Part shown: positions 21,268 to 29,562 of the stretch, piece by piece
Position numbering within the stretch: the first letter of the stretch is position 1
Layout: each line of letters starts with the position of its first letter
DNA from: Acidobacteriota bacterium
Lineage (GTDB): Bacteria > Acidobacteriota > Vicinamibacteria > Vicinamibacterales > UBA2999
Direction: 5' to 3'
Assembly: GCA_016192845.1 (NCBI GenBank)
Contig: JACPTI010000015.1
Span: 17,022 to 81,021 of the forward strand
Length of the DNA: 64,000 nt
The notes under the pieces: model-generated
What the model was told of the DNA's origin: nothing
Seen by the model: only the letters and a program-made list of their open reading frames with translations
Databases searched by the model: none
Position numbers and translations under genes: made by a program

Positions 21268-22809
21268 ATGCTCCCTGCCTTTTTCGACAGCATGCTGGCG
21301 CTCATCGTGAGAACCTCGACCGATCTGCCGCCCGACGTCCGGGCGGCGATGAAGGTGGCGATGGCGGTGGAGCCGGCGGGTACCCGGTCGGCGCAGGCGT
21401 TGTCGATCATCGCGCAGAACATCGATCAGGCGGCCGACGGTGAGGGGGCGATCTGCCAGGACACCGGCATGCCGACGTTCGAGCTCACGGTGCCGGTCGG
21501 AGCCAACCAGATCGCCATGACGAAGCAGATCCGGGACGCCGTGGCCGAGGCGACGCGCCGCGGGAAGCTCCGGCCCAACTCCGTCGATTCGATCACCGGC
21601 GAGAACTCCGGCACGAACCTCGGGCCTGGAACGCCGATCATCCACTTCGAGCAGTGGGAGCGCGACGACATCGAGGTGCGGCTGATCCTGAAAGGCGGCG
21701 GCTGCGAGAACATGAACGCCCAGTACTCGCTCCCCACGGAGCTGCAGGGACTCGGGCGGGCCGACCGTGATCTCGAAGGCGTCCGGAAGTGCATCCTCCA
21801 CGCGGTCTGGCACGCCCAGGGCAAGGGATGTGCGCCGGGCGCCGTGGGCGTCTGCATCGGCGGCGACCGGACCTCCGGCTACGTACACGCCAAGGAGCAG
21901 CTGTTCCGGACGCTCGACGACATCAATCCGGATCCACGACTCGCCCGCCTCGAGGCGTCGATCATGGGCGAGGTGAACAGGCTCGGGATCGGCACGATGG
22001 GGTTCGGCGGACGAACGTCGCTCATCGGGTGCAAGGTCGGCGCGCTCAATCGGCTCCCGGCCAGCTTCTTCGTCTCGGTCGCGTACGACTGCTGGGCGTT
22101 CCGCCGCCTCGGCGTGGTGCTCGACGGTCGCACCGGCGAGATCGCCCGATGGCTCTACCGCGACCCGGCGACGCCCGTCGCCGCCATGGCGGATCAGGCG
22201 GGCTTCCCCCGGACGGGGCGGGAGGTGCGCCTCCTGACGCCGCTCACCGAGGAGCAGGTGCGCGCGCTCACGGTGGGCGACGTGGTGCTCGTCTCGGGCC
22301 GCGTCAACACCGGTCGCGATGCGGTGCATGCGCACCTGATGAAGCACGAGCCGCCGGTGGATCTCAACGGTTCCGTCCTGTACCACTGCGGGCCCGTGGT
22401 GGTGAAGGAAGGCGGCGGGTGGAAGGTCACCGCCGCCGGGCCGACGACGAGCATCCGCGAGGAGCCGTATCAGGCTGACATCATCCGGCGCTACGGCGTG
22501 CGCGCCGTCATCGGCAAGGGCGGCATGGGCGCGAAGACGCTCGCCGCGTTGAAGGAGGCCGGCGCCGTCTACCTCAACGCCATCGGCGGCGCAGCGCAGT
22601 TCTACGCGCGCACCATCGATCGCGTGGAAGGCGTGTCGCTGATCGAGTTCGGCACGCCGGAAGCGATGTGGCACCTGCGGGTGACCGATTTCCCGGCCAT
22701 CGTCACCATGGACGCCCACGGCAACAGCCTGCACAAGGACGTCGAGCAGGCGTCGCTCGGGGAGCTGGCGGCGGTGGGCGCGGGGGCATCGGCCCCGGAA
22801 GGGCGATAA
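21268..22809 (+). CDS. fumA: Class I (Fe-S dependent) fumarate hydratase, fused alpha+beta domains
   Basis: ORF 21235-22809. The second in-frame ATG at 21268 is preferred because the first overlaps the aspA start codon. CQDTGMP motif. 513 aa. Confidence 0.8.
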   Translation: MLPAFFDSMLALIVRTSTDLPPDVRAAMKVAMAVEPAGTRSAQALSIIAQNIDQAADGEGAICQDTGMPTFELTVPVGANQIAMTKQIRDAVAEATRRGKLRPNSVDSITGENSGTNLGPGTPIIHFEQWERDDIEVRLILKGGGCENMNAQYSLPTELQGLGRADRDLEGVRKCILHAVWHAQGKGCAPGAVGVCIGGDRTSGYVHAKEQLFRTLDDINPDPRLARLEASIMGEVNRLGIGTMGFGGRTSLIGCKVGALNRLPASFFVSVAYDCWAFRRLGVVLDGRTGEIARWLYRDPATPVAAMADQAGFPRTGREVRLLTPLTEEQVRALTVGDVVLVSGRVNTGRDAVHAHLMKHEPPVDLNGSVLYHCGPVVVKEGGGWKVTAAGPTTSIREEPYQADIIRRYGVRAVIGKGGMGAKTLAALKEAGAVYLNAIGGAAQFYARTIDRVEGVSLIEFGTPEAMWHLRVTDFPAIVTMDAHGNSLHKDVEQASLGELAAVGAGASAPEGR

Positions 22810-22847
22810 CCCATGTCTGTAGACCGGGTTACAGGCGGCGGCCGGGC

Positions 22848-22877
22848 TTGTTCGGCCCGGATGCCGGAGCTTATAAT
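22848..22877 (+). promoter_or_regulatory. Candidate promoter TTGTTC, 18 nt spacer, TATAAT for erpA
   Basis: TATAAT at 22872-22877, TTGTTC at 22848-22853. GAGGAG Shine-Dalgarno precedes ATG 22910. Confidence 0.45.
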
Positions 22878-22909
22878 TGGGATCCGCGGTTTCGAGGAGA
22901 ATTCACACA

Positions 22910-23233
22910 ATGATCAACGTGTCCCCGACGGCTGCGTCGAAGATCAACGAACTGCTTGCCGAGGAAGGCAAGACGGGCAGCGGCCTGCGCGTGTTCGTGC
23001 AGGGCGGCGGCTGCTCCGGATTTCAGTACGGGCTGATGATCGAGGAGAACGGCGGCGCTGGCGATCAGGTGTTCGAGTCCAACGGCGTGAGGCTCTTCGT
23101 CGACCCGATCAGCATCAGCTATCTGAAGGGTGCCGAAGTCGATTTCGTCGATACCGTGACGGGCGGGGGCTTTACGATCAAGAACCCGAACGCGGTGTCG
23201 ACCTGCGGGTGCGGCCAGTCCTTCACCGTGTAG
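22910..23233 (+). CDS. erpA: Iron-sulfur cluster insertion protein (HesB/IscA/ErpA family)
   Basis: In-frame ATG at 22910. MINVSPTAASKINELL..., conserved Cys in GGGCSGFQY, and C-terminal CGCGQSF. Confidence 0.9.
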   Translation: MINVSPTAASKINELLAEEGKTGSGLRVFVQGGGCSGFQYGLMIEENGGAGDQVFESNGVRLFVDPISISYLKGAEVDFVDTVTGGGFTIKNPNAVSTCGCGQSFTV

Positions 23234-23251
23234 GCCCGCGTAGGACGGTCG

Positions 23252-24232
23252 GTGACCGCCACCCTTCCTGACCTGACCCGTCTGAAGCCGACCGGCGGCA
23301 AACGGTCGAGCAAACGGGAGCAGATCGTCAACGTCTTCCTGCGGCAGGAGGGGCACCTCAGCGCCGACGATCTCGTCGACCTCATTCGCCGCGAAGACCA
23401 CCGGATCAGCCGAGCCACCGTCTACCGCACGCTGCAGTGGATGGTCGACGCCGGCATCGCGCGGAAGGTCGATTTCGGCGAGGGGCGCTTCCGCTTCGAA
23501 CACTCGTACCGGCAGCCGCGCCACTTTCATCTCATCTGCAAGAGCTGTAACCGCTCGTCCGAGTTTCTCAGCTCCGACATCGAGGCGCTCATCGAGGAGG
23601 TGGCGGCGGCGCGCAGCTTTGCGGCCACACAGAGCGTGGTCCAGATCTACGGCACGTGCGAGGAGTGCCGGACCGGCCGGCATTCCACGGCGGACGAGGG
23701 TCACAAGGCGCTGCTGTTCGCTCGCGACGCGCTGCGCATCGCAATTGCGACCGAGCGCAGCGGCCTCGAGTTCTACACCCGCGCGGCGCGGCTGACGCGC
23801 GACGCGCGCGGACACAGGGTCTTCGAGGACCTCGCGGCGTCGGAGAAGGAGCATCTCGGCAAGCTCGAGGCGCGTTACAACGAGCTGCTCCAGCGCGACC
23901 CGCAGCTCGAGTCACGGCCGACGTTCCTCTTCTTCAAGGGTGCCGCAAACGGCCTCTTCGCCGAAGGGGCCGAACGCCTGCGCACGGGGGTCAACGACCA
24001 GCAGGCCCTCATGATCGGCATCCGCTGCGAGCGCGGGTCGCACCGCTTTTTCAAGAAATATGGGGAGCGGTTCGAGGACTCCGAAGGCAAGCAGATCTTC
24101 CTGGAGTTCGCCGACGAGGAGCGCCAGCACCTGGAGCTGCTGATTCGCGAGTACCGCGCGCTGGTCAAGCGCCAGGGACGCACGCGACGGCCCGCGCGGC
24201 AAGGGTCACCGGCAGCGCGCGCTGCGCGGTGA
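23252..24232 (+). CDS. Fur-family regulator fused to a rubrerythrin/ferritin-like diiron domain
   Basis: 326 aa, GTG start. N-terminal winged helix plus HFHLICKSC and CEEC motifs (Fur family). The C-terminal part has paired E...ExxH motifs (ERSGLEFY/EKEH and ERGSHRFF/EERQH). Confidence 0.8.
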   Translation: MTATLPDLTRLKPTGGKRSSKREQIVNVFLRQEGHLSADDLVDLIRREDHRISRATVYRTLQWMVDAGIARKVDFGEGRFRFEHSYRQPRHFHLICKSCNRSSEFLSSDIEALIEEVAAARSFAATQSVVQIYGTCEECRTGRHSTADEGHKALLFARDALRIAIATERSGLEFYTRAARLTRDARGHRVFEDLAASEKEHLGKLEARYNELLQRDPQLESRPTFLFFKGAANGLFAEGAERLRTGVNDQQALMIGIRCERGSHRFFKKYGERFEDSEGKQIFLEFADEERQHLELLIREYRALVKRQGRTRRPARQGSPAARAAR

Positions 24233-25056
24233 TCGATCTCCACCTCCACACCACCGCCTCCGACGGTCGGTGCACGCCACTGGAGGTCGTCGAACGGTCG
24301 TCACGCGCCGGCCTGACGGTCATCGCAGTCACGGATCACGACACGACGGCCGCGTCCGACGACGTCCGCCGGCTCGCGGCGGAGTACGGGATCGAGGCGG
24401 TCAGCGGCATTGAAATCACCGCGATCGCGGATGGGCGCGACGTTCACATGCTCGGCTATTTCCTGGACCCGCGGCATGCAGGGCTTGGCCGCTTTCTTGC
24501 GGCGCAGCGCGAGGTGAGGCTGGCGCGTCTCGAAGCGATCGGCGAGCGGCTGGCCGCGCTCGGCATGCCGGTGGACCTCGAGCCGGTGTTCGCGCGCGCC
24601 GCGGCCGATCGCCGCCGTTCCGTCGGCCGCCCGCTGATCGCCCGCGCCATGGTCGAGGCGGGCTACGTCGCCGACACGCAGGAGGCATTCGACCGCTGGC
24701 TCGGTGCCGGCTGCCCCGTGTTCGTGCCCCGCAGCGGGGCGTCGCCGGAGGGCGTCATCGAGATCATCCACGAGGCCGGCGGCCTCGCCTCGCTCGCGCA
24801 TCCCGGCAAGCTGCGCGTCGAGCCGCGGATCGCCCCGCTCACGGAGGCCGGGCTCGACGCGATCGAGGCGTTCCATCCCGACCACGACGCGCTCCTCGTC
24901 GAGAAGTACATTCTGGCGGCGCGGGAGCTCGGGTTGCTGGTGACGGGCGGCTCCGACTTCCACGGCGATCCGGCGCATGGACTCGAGCCGGGGTCGGTGA
25001 CGCTGCCGGCCGCCGAGTTCGATCGTCTCCGCGCGCGCGTCCATGGACGATCGTGA
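24229..25056 (+). CDS. PHP-domain metal-dependent phosphoesterase (TrpH/YciV-like)
   Basis: GTG at 24229 overlaps the upstream stop (GTGA). Motifs DLHLHTTASDG and GGSDFHG. Confidence 0.85.
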   Translation: MIDLHLHTTASDGRCTPLEVVERSSRAGLTVIAVTDHDTTAASDDVRRLAAEYGIEAVSGIEITAIADGRDVHMLGYFLDPRHAGLGRFLAAQREVRLARLEAIGERLAALGMPVDLEPVFARAAADRRRSVGRPLIARAMVEAGYVADTQEAFDRWLGAGCPVFVPRSGASPEGVIEIIHEAGGLASLAHPGKLRVEPRIAPLTEAGLDAIEAFHPDHDALLVEKYILAARELGLLVTGGSDFHGDPAHGLEPGSVTLPAAEFDRLRARVHGRS

Positions 25057-25768
25057 GCTCCTGGTGGCGCTGCGCGGCATCCGCAAGGACTACCACGGCC
25101 TGCGGCCGCTCCGGGTCGAGCGCTTCGAGCTTCGTGCCGCCAACACGGTGGCGCTTCTCGGCGTCGATCGCGCCGCCGCCGAGGTGCTCGTCAACCTGAT
25201 GACCGGCGCCACGCTGCCCGATGCGGGCGATGTCGAGGTGTTCGGCGCCCCGACCCGGGAGATCGCCGACGTGCAGGCGTGGTTCCGTCTGCTCGATCGC
25301 ATCGGCATTCTCAGCGAACGAGTCGTGCTGCTGGACGAGCTGACGGTGGAGCAGAACCTCGCGTTGCCGCTCTCGCTCGACGTCGCGGCGATGGCGCAAG
25401 ACGTGCGCGCGCACGTCTTGCGCCTGGGTGCCGAGGTCGGTCTGGGTGGCGACGCCATGCGCCAGCGGCTGACCGACGCCGGTCCCGACGTCCGCGCGCG
25501 CGTGCGCCTGGGCAAGGCCCTGGCGCTCGATCCCCGCGTGCTCCTGGCCGAGCATCCGAACGCGGCGCTTCCGCCGCCGGAGGTGCCTCGTTTTGCTGCC
25601 GATCTGTCCGGTATCGCTGCGCGGCGCGGGCTGGCGATGCTCGTGCTGACGGCGGACGCGGCGTTCGCGGCGGCCGCCTGTCGTCAAGTGCTGAGCTTGC
25701 GCCCCGCCACCGGGGCGCTGGAAGCGGCCTCCGGATGGTGGAGCTGGCTCACAAGACGCGTCCGGTGA
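25043..25768 (+). CDS. ABC-ATPase-like protein with degenerate catalytic motifs
   Basis: 241 aa that aligns by eye to the ABC NBD layout. Walker A is replaced by LLGVDRAAAEV, the signature by LTDAGPDV, Walker B by VLLAEHP, and the H-loop by LTAD. Confidence 0.6.
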   Translation: MDDRELLVALRGIRKDYHGLRPLRVERFELRAANTVALLGVDRAAAEVLVNLMTGATLPDAGDVEVFGAPTREIADVQAWFRLLDRIGILSERVVLLDELTVEQNLALPLSLDVAAMAQDVRAHVLRLGAEVGLGGDAMRQRLTDAGPDVRARVRLGKALALDPRVLLAEHPNAALPPPEVPRFAADLSGIAARRGLAMLVLTADAAFAAAACRQVLSLRPATGALEAASGWWSWLTRRVR

Positions 25769-25880
25769 GGGTGGGCGCCCGCCAGGTGCGGGGCTACCCG
25801 TGGCGGCCGACCCGCTGGAACAGAACTTGGATTCCGCCCCGCAAGGGGCATCAGGAGATGGCCTGCGGAGGTTAGTCGAC

Positions 25881-26096
25881 GTGGCGAACGGGATGATTAA
25901 GCGGCTGGTGCGAGACCGCGGCTTCGGGTTCATTCGCGATGACGGTGGCCAGGAGTGGTTCTTCCATCGGAGCGCCGTCAGGACAGGGACGTTCGAGCAG
26001 TTGAACGAAGGCCAGCGGGTCAGCTTCGACGAAGAGCCGTCGGCCAAAGGGCCGCGGGCCGGGAACATCCGATCCGAGGGCTCGACGGCCGCATAG
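25881..26096 (+). CDS. Cold-shock domain protein
   Basis: GGAGG lies 9 nt before the GTG at 25881; an ATG at 25893 is an alternative start. Motifs GFGFIRDDGG and FFHRSAV. Confidence 0.85.
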   Translation: MANGMIKRLVRDRGFGFIRDDGGQEWFFHRSAVRTGTFEQLNEGQRVSFDEEPSAKGPRAGNIRSEGSTAA

Positions 26097-26147
26097 CGGG
26101 GTCCCCAACGCGGGTAGCGTCGCGCGGATTGTGCGCGTTGGGGTGCC
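26097..26147 (+). repeat. REP-A element (long-spacer variant)
   Basis: GCGGGGTCCCCAACGCGGGTAGCGTCGCGCGGATTGTGCGCGTTGGGGTGCC, starting 1 nt after the cold-shock gene stop. Confidence 0.85.
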
Positions 26148-26208
26148 ATAGGCGACCACCCACACGTTTTCTTAGCGTTCGTGCGGCGAACCGTTGACTG
26201 AGGGACTG

Positions 26209-26856
26209 CTACGCCCCGAGGCCGAGCACGTAGGCGATGAGCTTCGGCACCTCCGGAAAGACGTCGCGGAGATCGCTCCGGCGCTGCCACCACCGCTCCG
26301 GGTCTGCCGTATCGTAGCGGCTCCCGCGCATCACCACCCCGACCCCGGTGCCGCGCAACTCGCGCCGGAACGCAAATCCCGCGCGCCGCAGGTGGTATTT
26401 CGACGAGACCACGATCACCCGGCGCCACCCCCGGGCGGCGCTCAGCTCACGCAGCGTGATCGCTTCTGCCGCCGTGCTGTTGTGAATGCGGTCTGGAATG
26501 ATGATCGACTCGTTTGGGATTCCGAGCTCCAGAAACACAGCGCGCACGCGCTCCACGGTGGGCGTGAAGTGAATGCCGCGCCTTTCCAGCGCGAGCTCCC
26601 CGCCGTCGGATGGTTCCCGCGACAGCACGATGTGCCGGGTGTATCCGGCCAGATAGAGATCGGCGGCTTCGAGCTGGCGGGTCATCGTGGTGCCCGCCAG
26701 CGCCAGAATCGCGTCGCCCTTCTGGAGCGGATCCTCGGCGGCCAGGAACGCGCCGAGCTCGACGAACCCGTACCCGCCGAGCACGAGTACGACCACGAAC
26801 GCGGCGATCAGAACGCGACGGAGCGAGCCGCGGGAGGTGGGTGCGCGTGGCGGCAT
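26209..26856 (-). CDS. YdcF/DUF218-family protein with N-terminal membrane anchor
   Basis: 215 aa with an N-terminal TM helix and a DUF218-like core (ILALAG...VVSSKYHLRRA). Confidence 0.75.
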   Translation of the reverse strand: MPPRAPTSRGSLRRVLIAAFVVVLVLGGYGFVELGAFLAAEDPLQKGDAILALAGTTMTRQLEAADLYLAGYTRHIVLSREPSDGGELALERRGIHFTPTVERVRAVFLELGIPNESIIIPDRIHNSTAAEAITLRELSAARGWRRVIVVSSKYHLRRAGFAFRRELRGTGVGVVMRGSRYDTADPERWWQRRSDLRDVFPEVPKLIAYVLGLGA

Positions 26857-26905
26857 CAGGGTGCCGGTGTGGTCCCGGCCCCGGCCGGGGCCGGGCGAGA
26901 CGGGT

Positions 26906-27112
26906 CTAGCTTTCGATCAGGCGAACGTCGCCCGCCCGAGGTCCCTTCGTCGATTCCTCCGGTGTGAACTCCACGCGCTGGCCTTCGCGCAGCAGCTCGA
27001 AAACCGCGCCACGGACGGCACTGCGGTGGAAGAAATGCTCGATGCCGCCTTCATCGCGAATGAATCCGAATCCCTTGTCGATGAGAAGGCGTGCGATAGT
27101 CCCCGTTGGCAT
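26906..27112 (-). CDS. Cold-shock domain protein (paralog of 25881-26096)
   Basis: 68 aa. GGAGGA Shine-Dalgarno. Motifs KGFGFIRDEGG and FFHRSAV. Confidence 0.9.
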   Translation of the reverse strand: MPTGTIARLLIDKGFGFIRDEGGIEHFFHRSAVRGAVFELLREGQRVEFTPEESTKGPRAGDVRLIES

Positions 27113-27285
27113 GGACGTATCCTCCGATGCGCGTCAAGCCTGGGTGAAAATCCCAGACGCTCCACGGACCGCTGGTGAGCGAACTATGAAGCCACGGTGG
27201 AACGTAGCGGTCCAGCGCACCGGCGCCTAAAAGCTGGGCCAGTGTAGGGAGTCCCGTCGGGGAAGTCAAGGAGCGCCCGAACTCC

Positions 27286-27307
27286 TTTGCACCGTGCAAA
27301 TTGCACG
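27286..27307. promoter_or_regulatory. Three alternating half-sites TTGCAC / GTGCAA / TTGCAC (two overlapping 15-bp palindromes)
   Basis: TTTGCAC-C-GTGCAAA (27286-27300) and CGTGCAA-A-TTGCACG (27293-27307), 30 nt upstream of ATG 27337. Confidence 0.5.
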
Positions 27308-27336
27308 TGTGCGACCGTCCCGGTACGATGTGCCGG

Positions 27337-27945
27337 ATGGTTGTCGCCATTATCCTGGCGGCCGGCGAGTCGACGCGCATGGGGCGCCCCAAGGCGCTGC
27401 TGCCGGACCCGGACGGCCGGCCGTTCGTGGCGCGCCTGGCGCGGACGTTCGCCGAGGCGGGCGTCCGCGACCTCGTCGTCGTGACCGGGCGCGACCATGC
27501 CCCCGTTGCCGACGCGCTCGCCTCCGATCGCCTTCCGGTCCGGCCTGTGGTGGTCAATAATCCAGACCCGTCGCGCGGGCAGCTTTCGTCGCTCTGGGCG
27601 GGTCTCGACGCGGCGAGCGCGCCGACGGTCGACGCGGTCCTGGTCGCGCTCGTCGACGTGCCGATGGTCAGTCCGTCGACGATTCGGGCGATCATCGACG
27701 CATGGGAGCGAAGCCGCGCGCCGATCGTACGGCCCGCAATCGGCGACCGGCACGGACACCCGGTGCTGTTCGATCGCGCGGTGTTCGACGAGCTGCGGCG
27801 GGCGCCGTTTGCAGAGGGCGCGAAGGCCGTCGTCCGCGCGCATGCCGACCGGGTCGTCAATGTGCCGGTCGATGACGAAGGATGCCTCGTCGACGTGGAT
27901 ACGCCCGCCGACTACGAGGCGATGAGGAGAGGAAGGTTGAGATGA
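27337..27945 (+). CDS. MobA/MocA-like nucleotidyltransferase (molybdenum cofactor cytidylyl/guanylyl-transferase family)
   Basis: In-frame ATG at 27337. MVVAIILAAGESTRMGRPKALL is the N-terminal NTP-transferase motif. Confidence 0.8.
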   Translation: MVVAIILAAGESTRMGRPKALLPDPDGRPFVARLARTFAEAGVRDLVVVTGRDHAPVADALASDRLPVRPVVVNNPDPSRGQLSSLWAGLDAASAPTVDAVLVALVDVPMVSPSTIRAIIDAWERSRAPIVRPAIGDRHGHPVLFDRAVFDELRRAPFAEGAKAVVRAHADRVVNVPVDDEGCLVDVDTPADYEAMRRGRLR

Positions 27946-29468
27946 CGAGGACCGCCATTGGCGTGGCTGCGCTGCTGCTCGCGACGCTGGCCGTGGAAGC
28001 GCAGTTGACCGATCCGATTCCCGCGCCGGTGACAACGCGCGGGCTGCGCCTCGAGATCAGGGACGTGGCGCGCCTGCCGGACACGCGCTCGCTGAGGCCG
28101 GCGAGCGAAGACATCGCGCCGGTCGCGTGGGCGCGCGTCAGCTTCGTCCGCGAGCTGCCGGACGGCCGGCGGTTCGCCAACGACTCGCGCGGCCGGCTGT
28201 ACCTGCTCGAAGGCGGCACCCAGCCGCGGCTGTACCTCGACCTGGCCGCTGCATTCCCGCTCGGCTTCTACCGCAGCCTGCAGAGCGGCTTCATCGGCTT
28301 CACGTTCCACCCCGAGTTTGATCGGAACGGCCTCCTCTACACCGTGCACGGCGAAAAGGCCGAGGGGAATCCAGGCGTGCCGCATTTCATACCGCCGGGA
28401 TTCACGCCGGCGGACCTCACGTATCACACGGTGATCACGGAGTGGCGCGCCTCGAATCCTCGGGCCGCTGCGTTCGCGGGACCGCGCCGCGAGCTGCTGC
28501 GTGTGGCGCACGTCGTCAACAACTACTTCCACCCGCTCGGCTCGCTCGAGTTCAACCCGACCGCGAAGCCCGGCGCGCCCGATTATGGGCTGCTGTACAT
28601 CGGCGGCACCGACTTCGGGTTCAGCAACGGTGGCGGCTCGCGGGCCAACAATCCCGCCCAGACGCAACGGCTCGACACGCTCGTGAGCACCATGCTGCGG
28701 ATCGATCCGCGCAGCCCGAGCGTGTCGAAAGGCGTGAAGGGGGTCGGCGACTATACGATTCCGTCCATCAATACATTCGCCGCCGACGGCGATCCGAAGA
28801 CGATGGGCGAGATCTACGCCTACGGCTTCCGCAACGCGCACCGCATGTCGTGGGACCTCTCGGACGGCACGATGTTCGCCGTCGACATCGGCAACAGCCA
28901 GATCGAGGAGATCAACATCATCCGCGAGGGGAACAACTACGGCTGGATGCGCCGGGAGGGAACCTTTGAGAACGGCGTCCACGTGCCGGGCGGAAACATG
29001 GCGGTGGTATTTCCGCTGCCGGCTGACATCCTCGACGGCACCACGAAGGACGGCTTCACCTACCCGGTGGCGATGTACGACCACGGTGAGGGCGTGTCGA
29101 TCACGGGCGGATTCGTCTACACGGGCCGCATTCCCGCGCTGCGCGGCAAGTTTGTCTTCGGCGACATCAACCGCGGGCGCGTGTTCGCCGCCGACGTGGC
29201 CGCGCTGAAGGCGGCCGACGACGGCATCCCGCGGACGGTGGCGCCGATCGAGGAGATTCAGCTGTTCGTGCGCGAAGCGAACGGCACGGCGCGCGACCTC
29301 ACGTTCAAGGAGCTGGTGGAGCGCACGATGGGCGGGGCGCCGCTCGTGCGCGCCGATCTCCACATGGGCGTGGCGCGTAACGGCGAGTTCTTCCTCACCT
29401 CGCGGCAGGACGGCATGATTCGCACGCTCGCCGCCGCCGACGGGCCGGCGCGGACGGCGCAGCGGTAG
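27942..29468 (+). CDS. Secreted soluble glucose/sorbosone dehydrogenase-like beta-propeller protein
   Basis: ATG at 27942 (ATGA overlap with the upstream gene). Signal peptide MTRTAIGVAALLLATLAVEA. Motifs FHPEF, YAYGFRNAHRMSWD and NYGW, typical of the SGDH family. Confidence 0.75.
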   Translation: MTRTAIGVAALLLATLAVEAQLTDPIPAPVTTRGLRLEIRDVARLPDTRSLRPASEDIAPVAWARVSFVRELPDGRRFANDSRGRLYLLEGGTQPRLYLDLAAAFPLGFYRSLQSGFIGFTFHPEFDRNGLLYTVHGEKAEGNPGVPHFIPPGFTPADLTYHTVITEWRASNPRAAAFAGPRRELLRVAHVVNNYFHPLGSLEFNPTAKPGAPDYGLLYIGGTDFGFSNGGGSRANNPAQTQRLDTLVSTMLRIDPRSPSVSKGVKGVGDYTIPSINTFAADGDPKTMGEIYAYGFRNAHRMSWDLSDGTMFAVDIGNSQIEEINIIREGNNYGWMRREGTFENGVHVPGGNMAVVFPLPADILDGTTKDGFTYPVAMYDHGEGVSITGGFVYTGRIPALRGKFVFGDINRGRVFAADVAALKAADDGIPRTVAPIEEIQLFVREANGTARDLTFKELVERTMGGAPLVRADLHMGVARNGEFFLTSRQDGMIRTLAAADGPARTAQR

Positions 29469-29478
29469 CTGCGTGGAT

Positions 29479-29505
29479 GTACGTAGCGTCCGGCTTCAGC
29501 CGGAC
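29479..29505 (+). repeat. REP-B element GTACGTAGCGTCCGGCTTCAGCCGGAC
   Basis: Hairpin GTCCGGC-TTCA-GCCGGAC at 29488-29505. The same element recurs at 52798-52907. Confidence 0.85.
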
Positions 29506-29507
29506 CT

Positions 29508-29542
29508 GAAAAAAGGGCACGGGGAGGTGTTTCCCCGTGCCC
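29508..29542 (-). terminator. Rho-independent terminator for the minus-strand cytochrome c/propeller gene
   Basis: 11-bp stem GGGCACGGGGA / TCCCCGTGCCC (29515-29525 and 29532-29542). On the minus strand it is followed by TTTTTT (29514-29509). Confidence 0.8.
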
Positions 29543-29562
29543 GCGTGCAAGAACGTCGGCGT

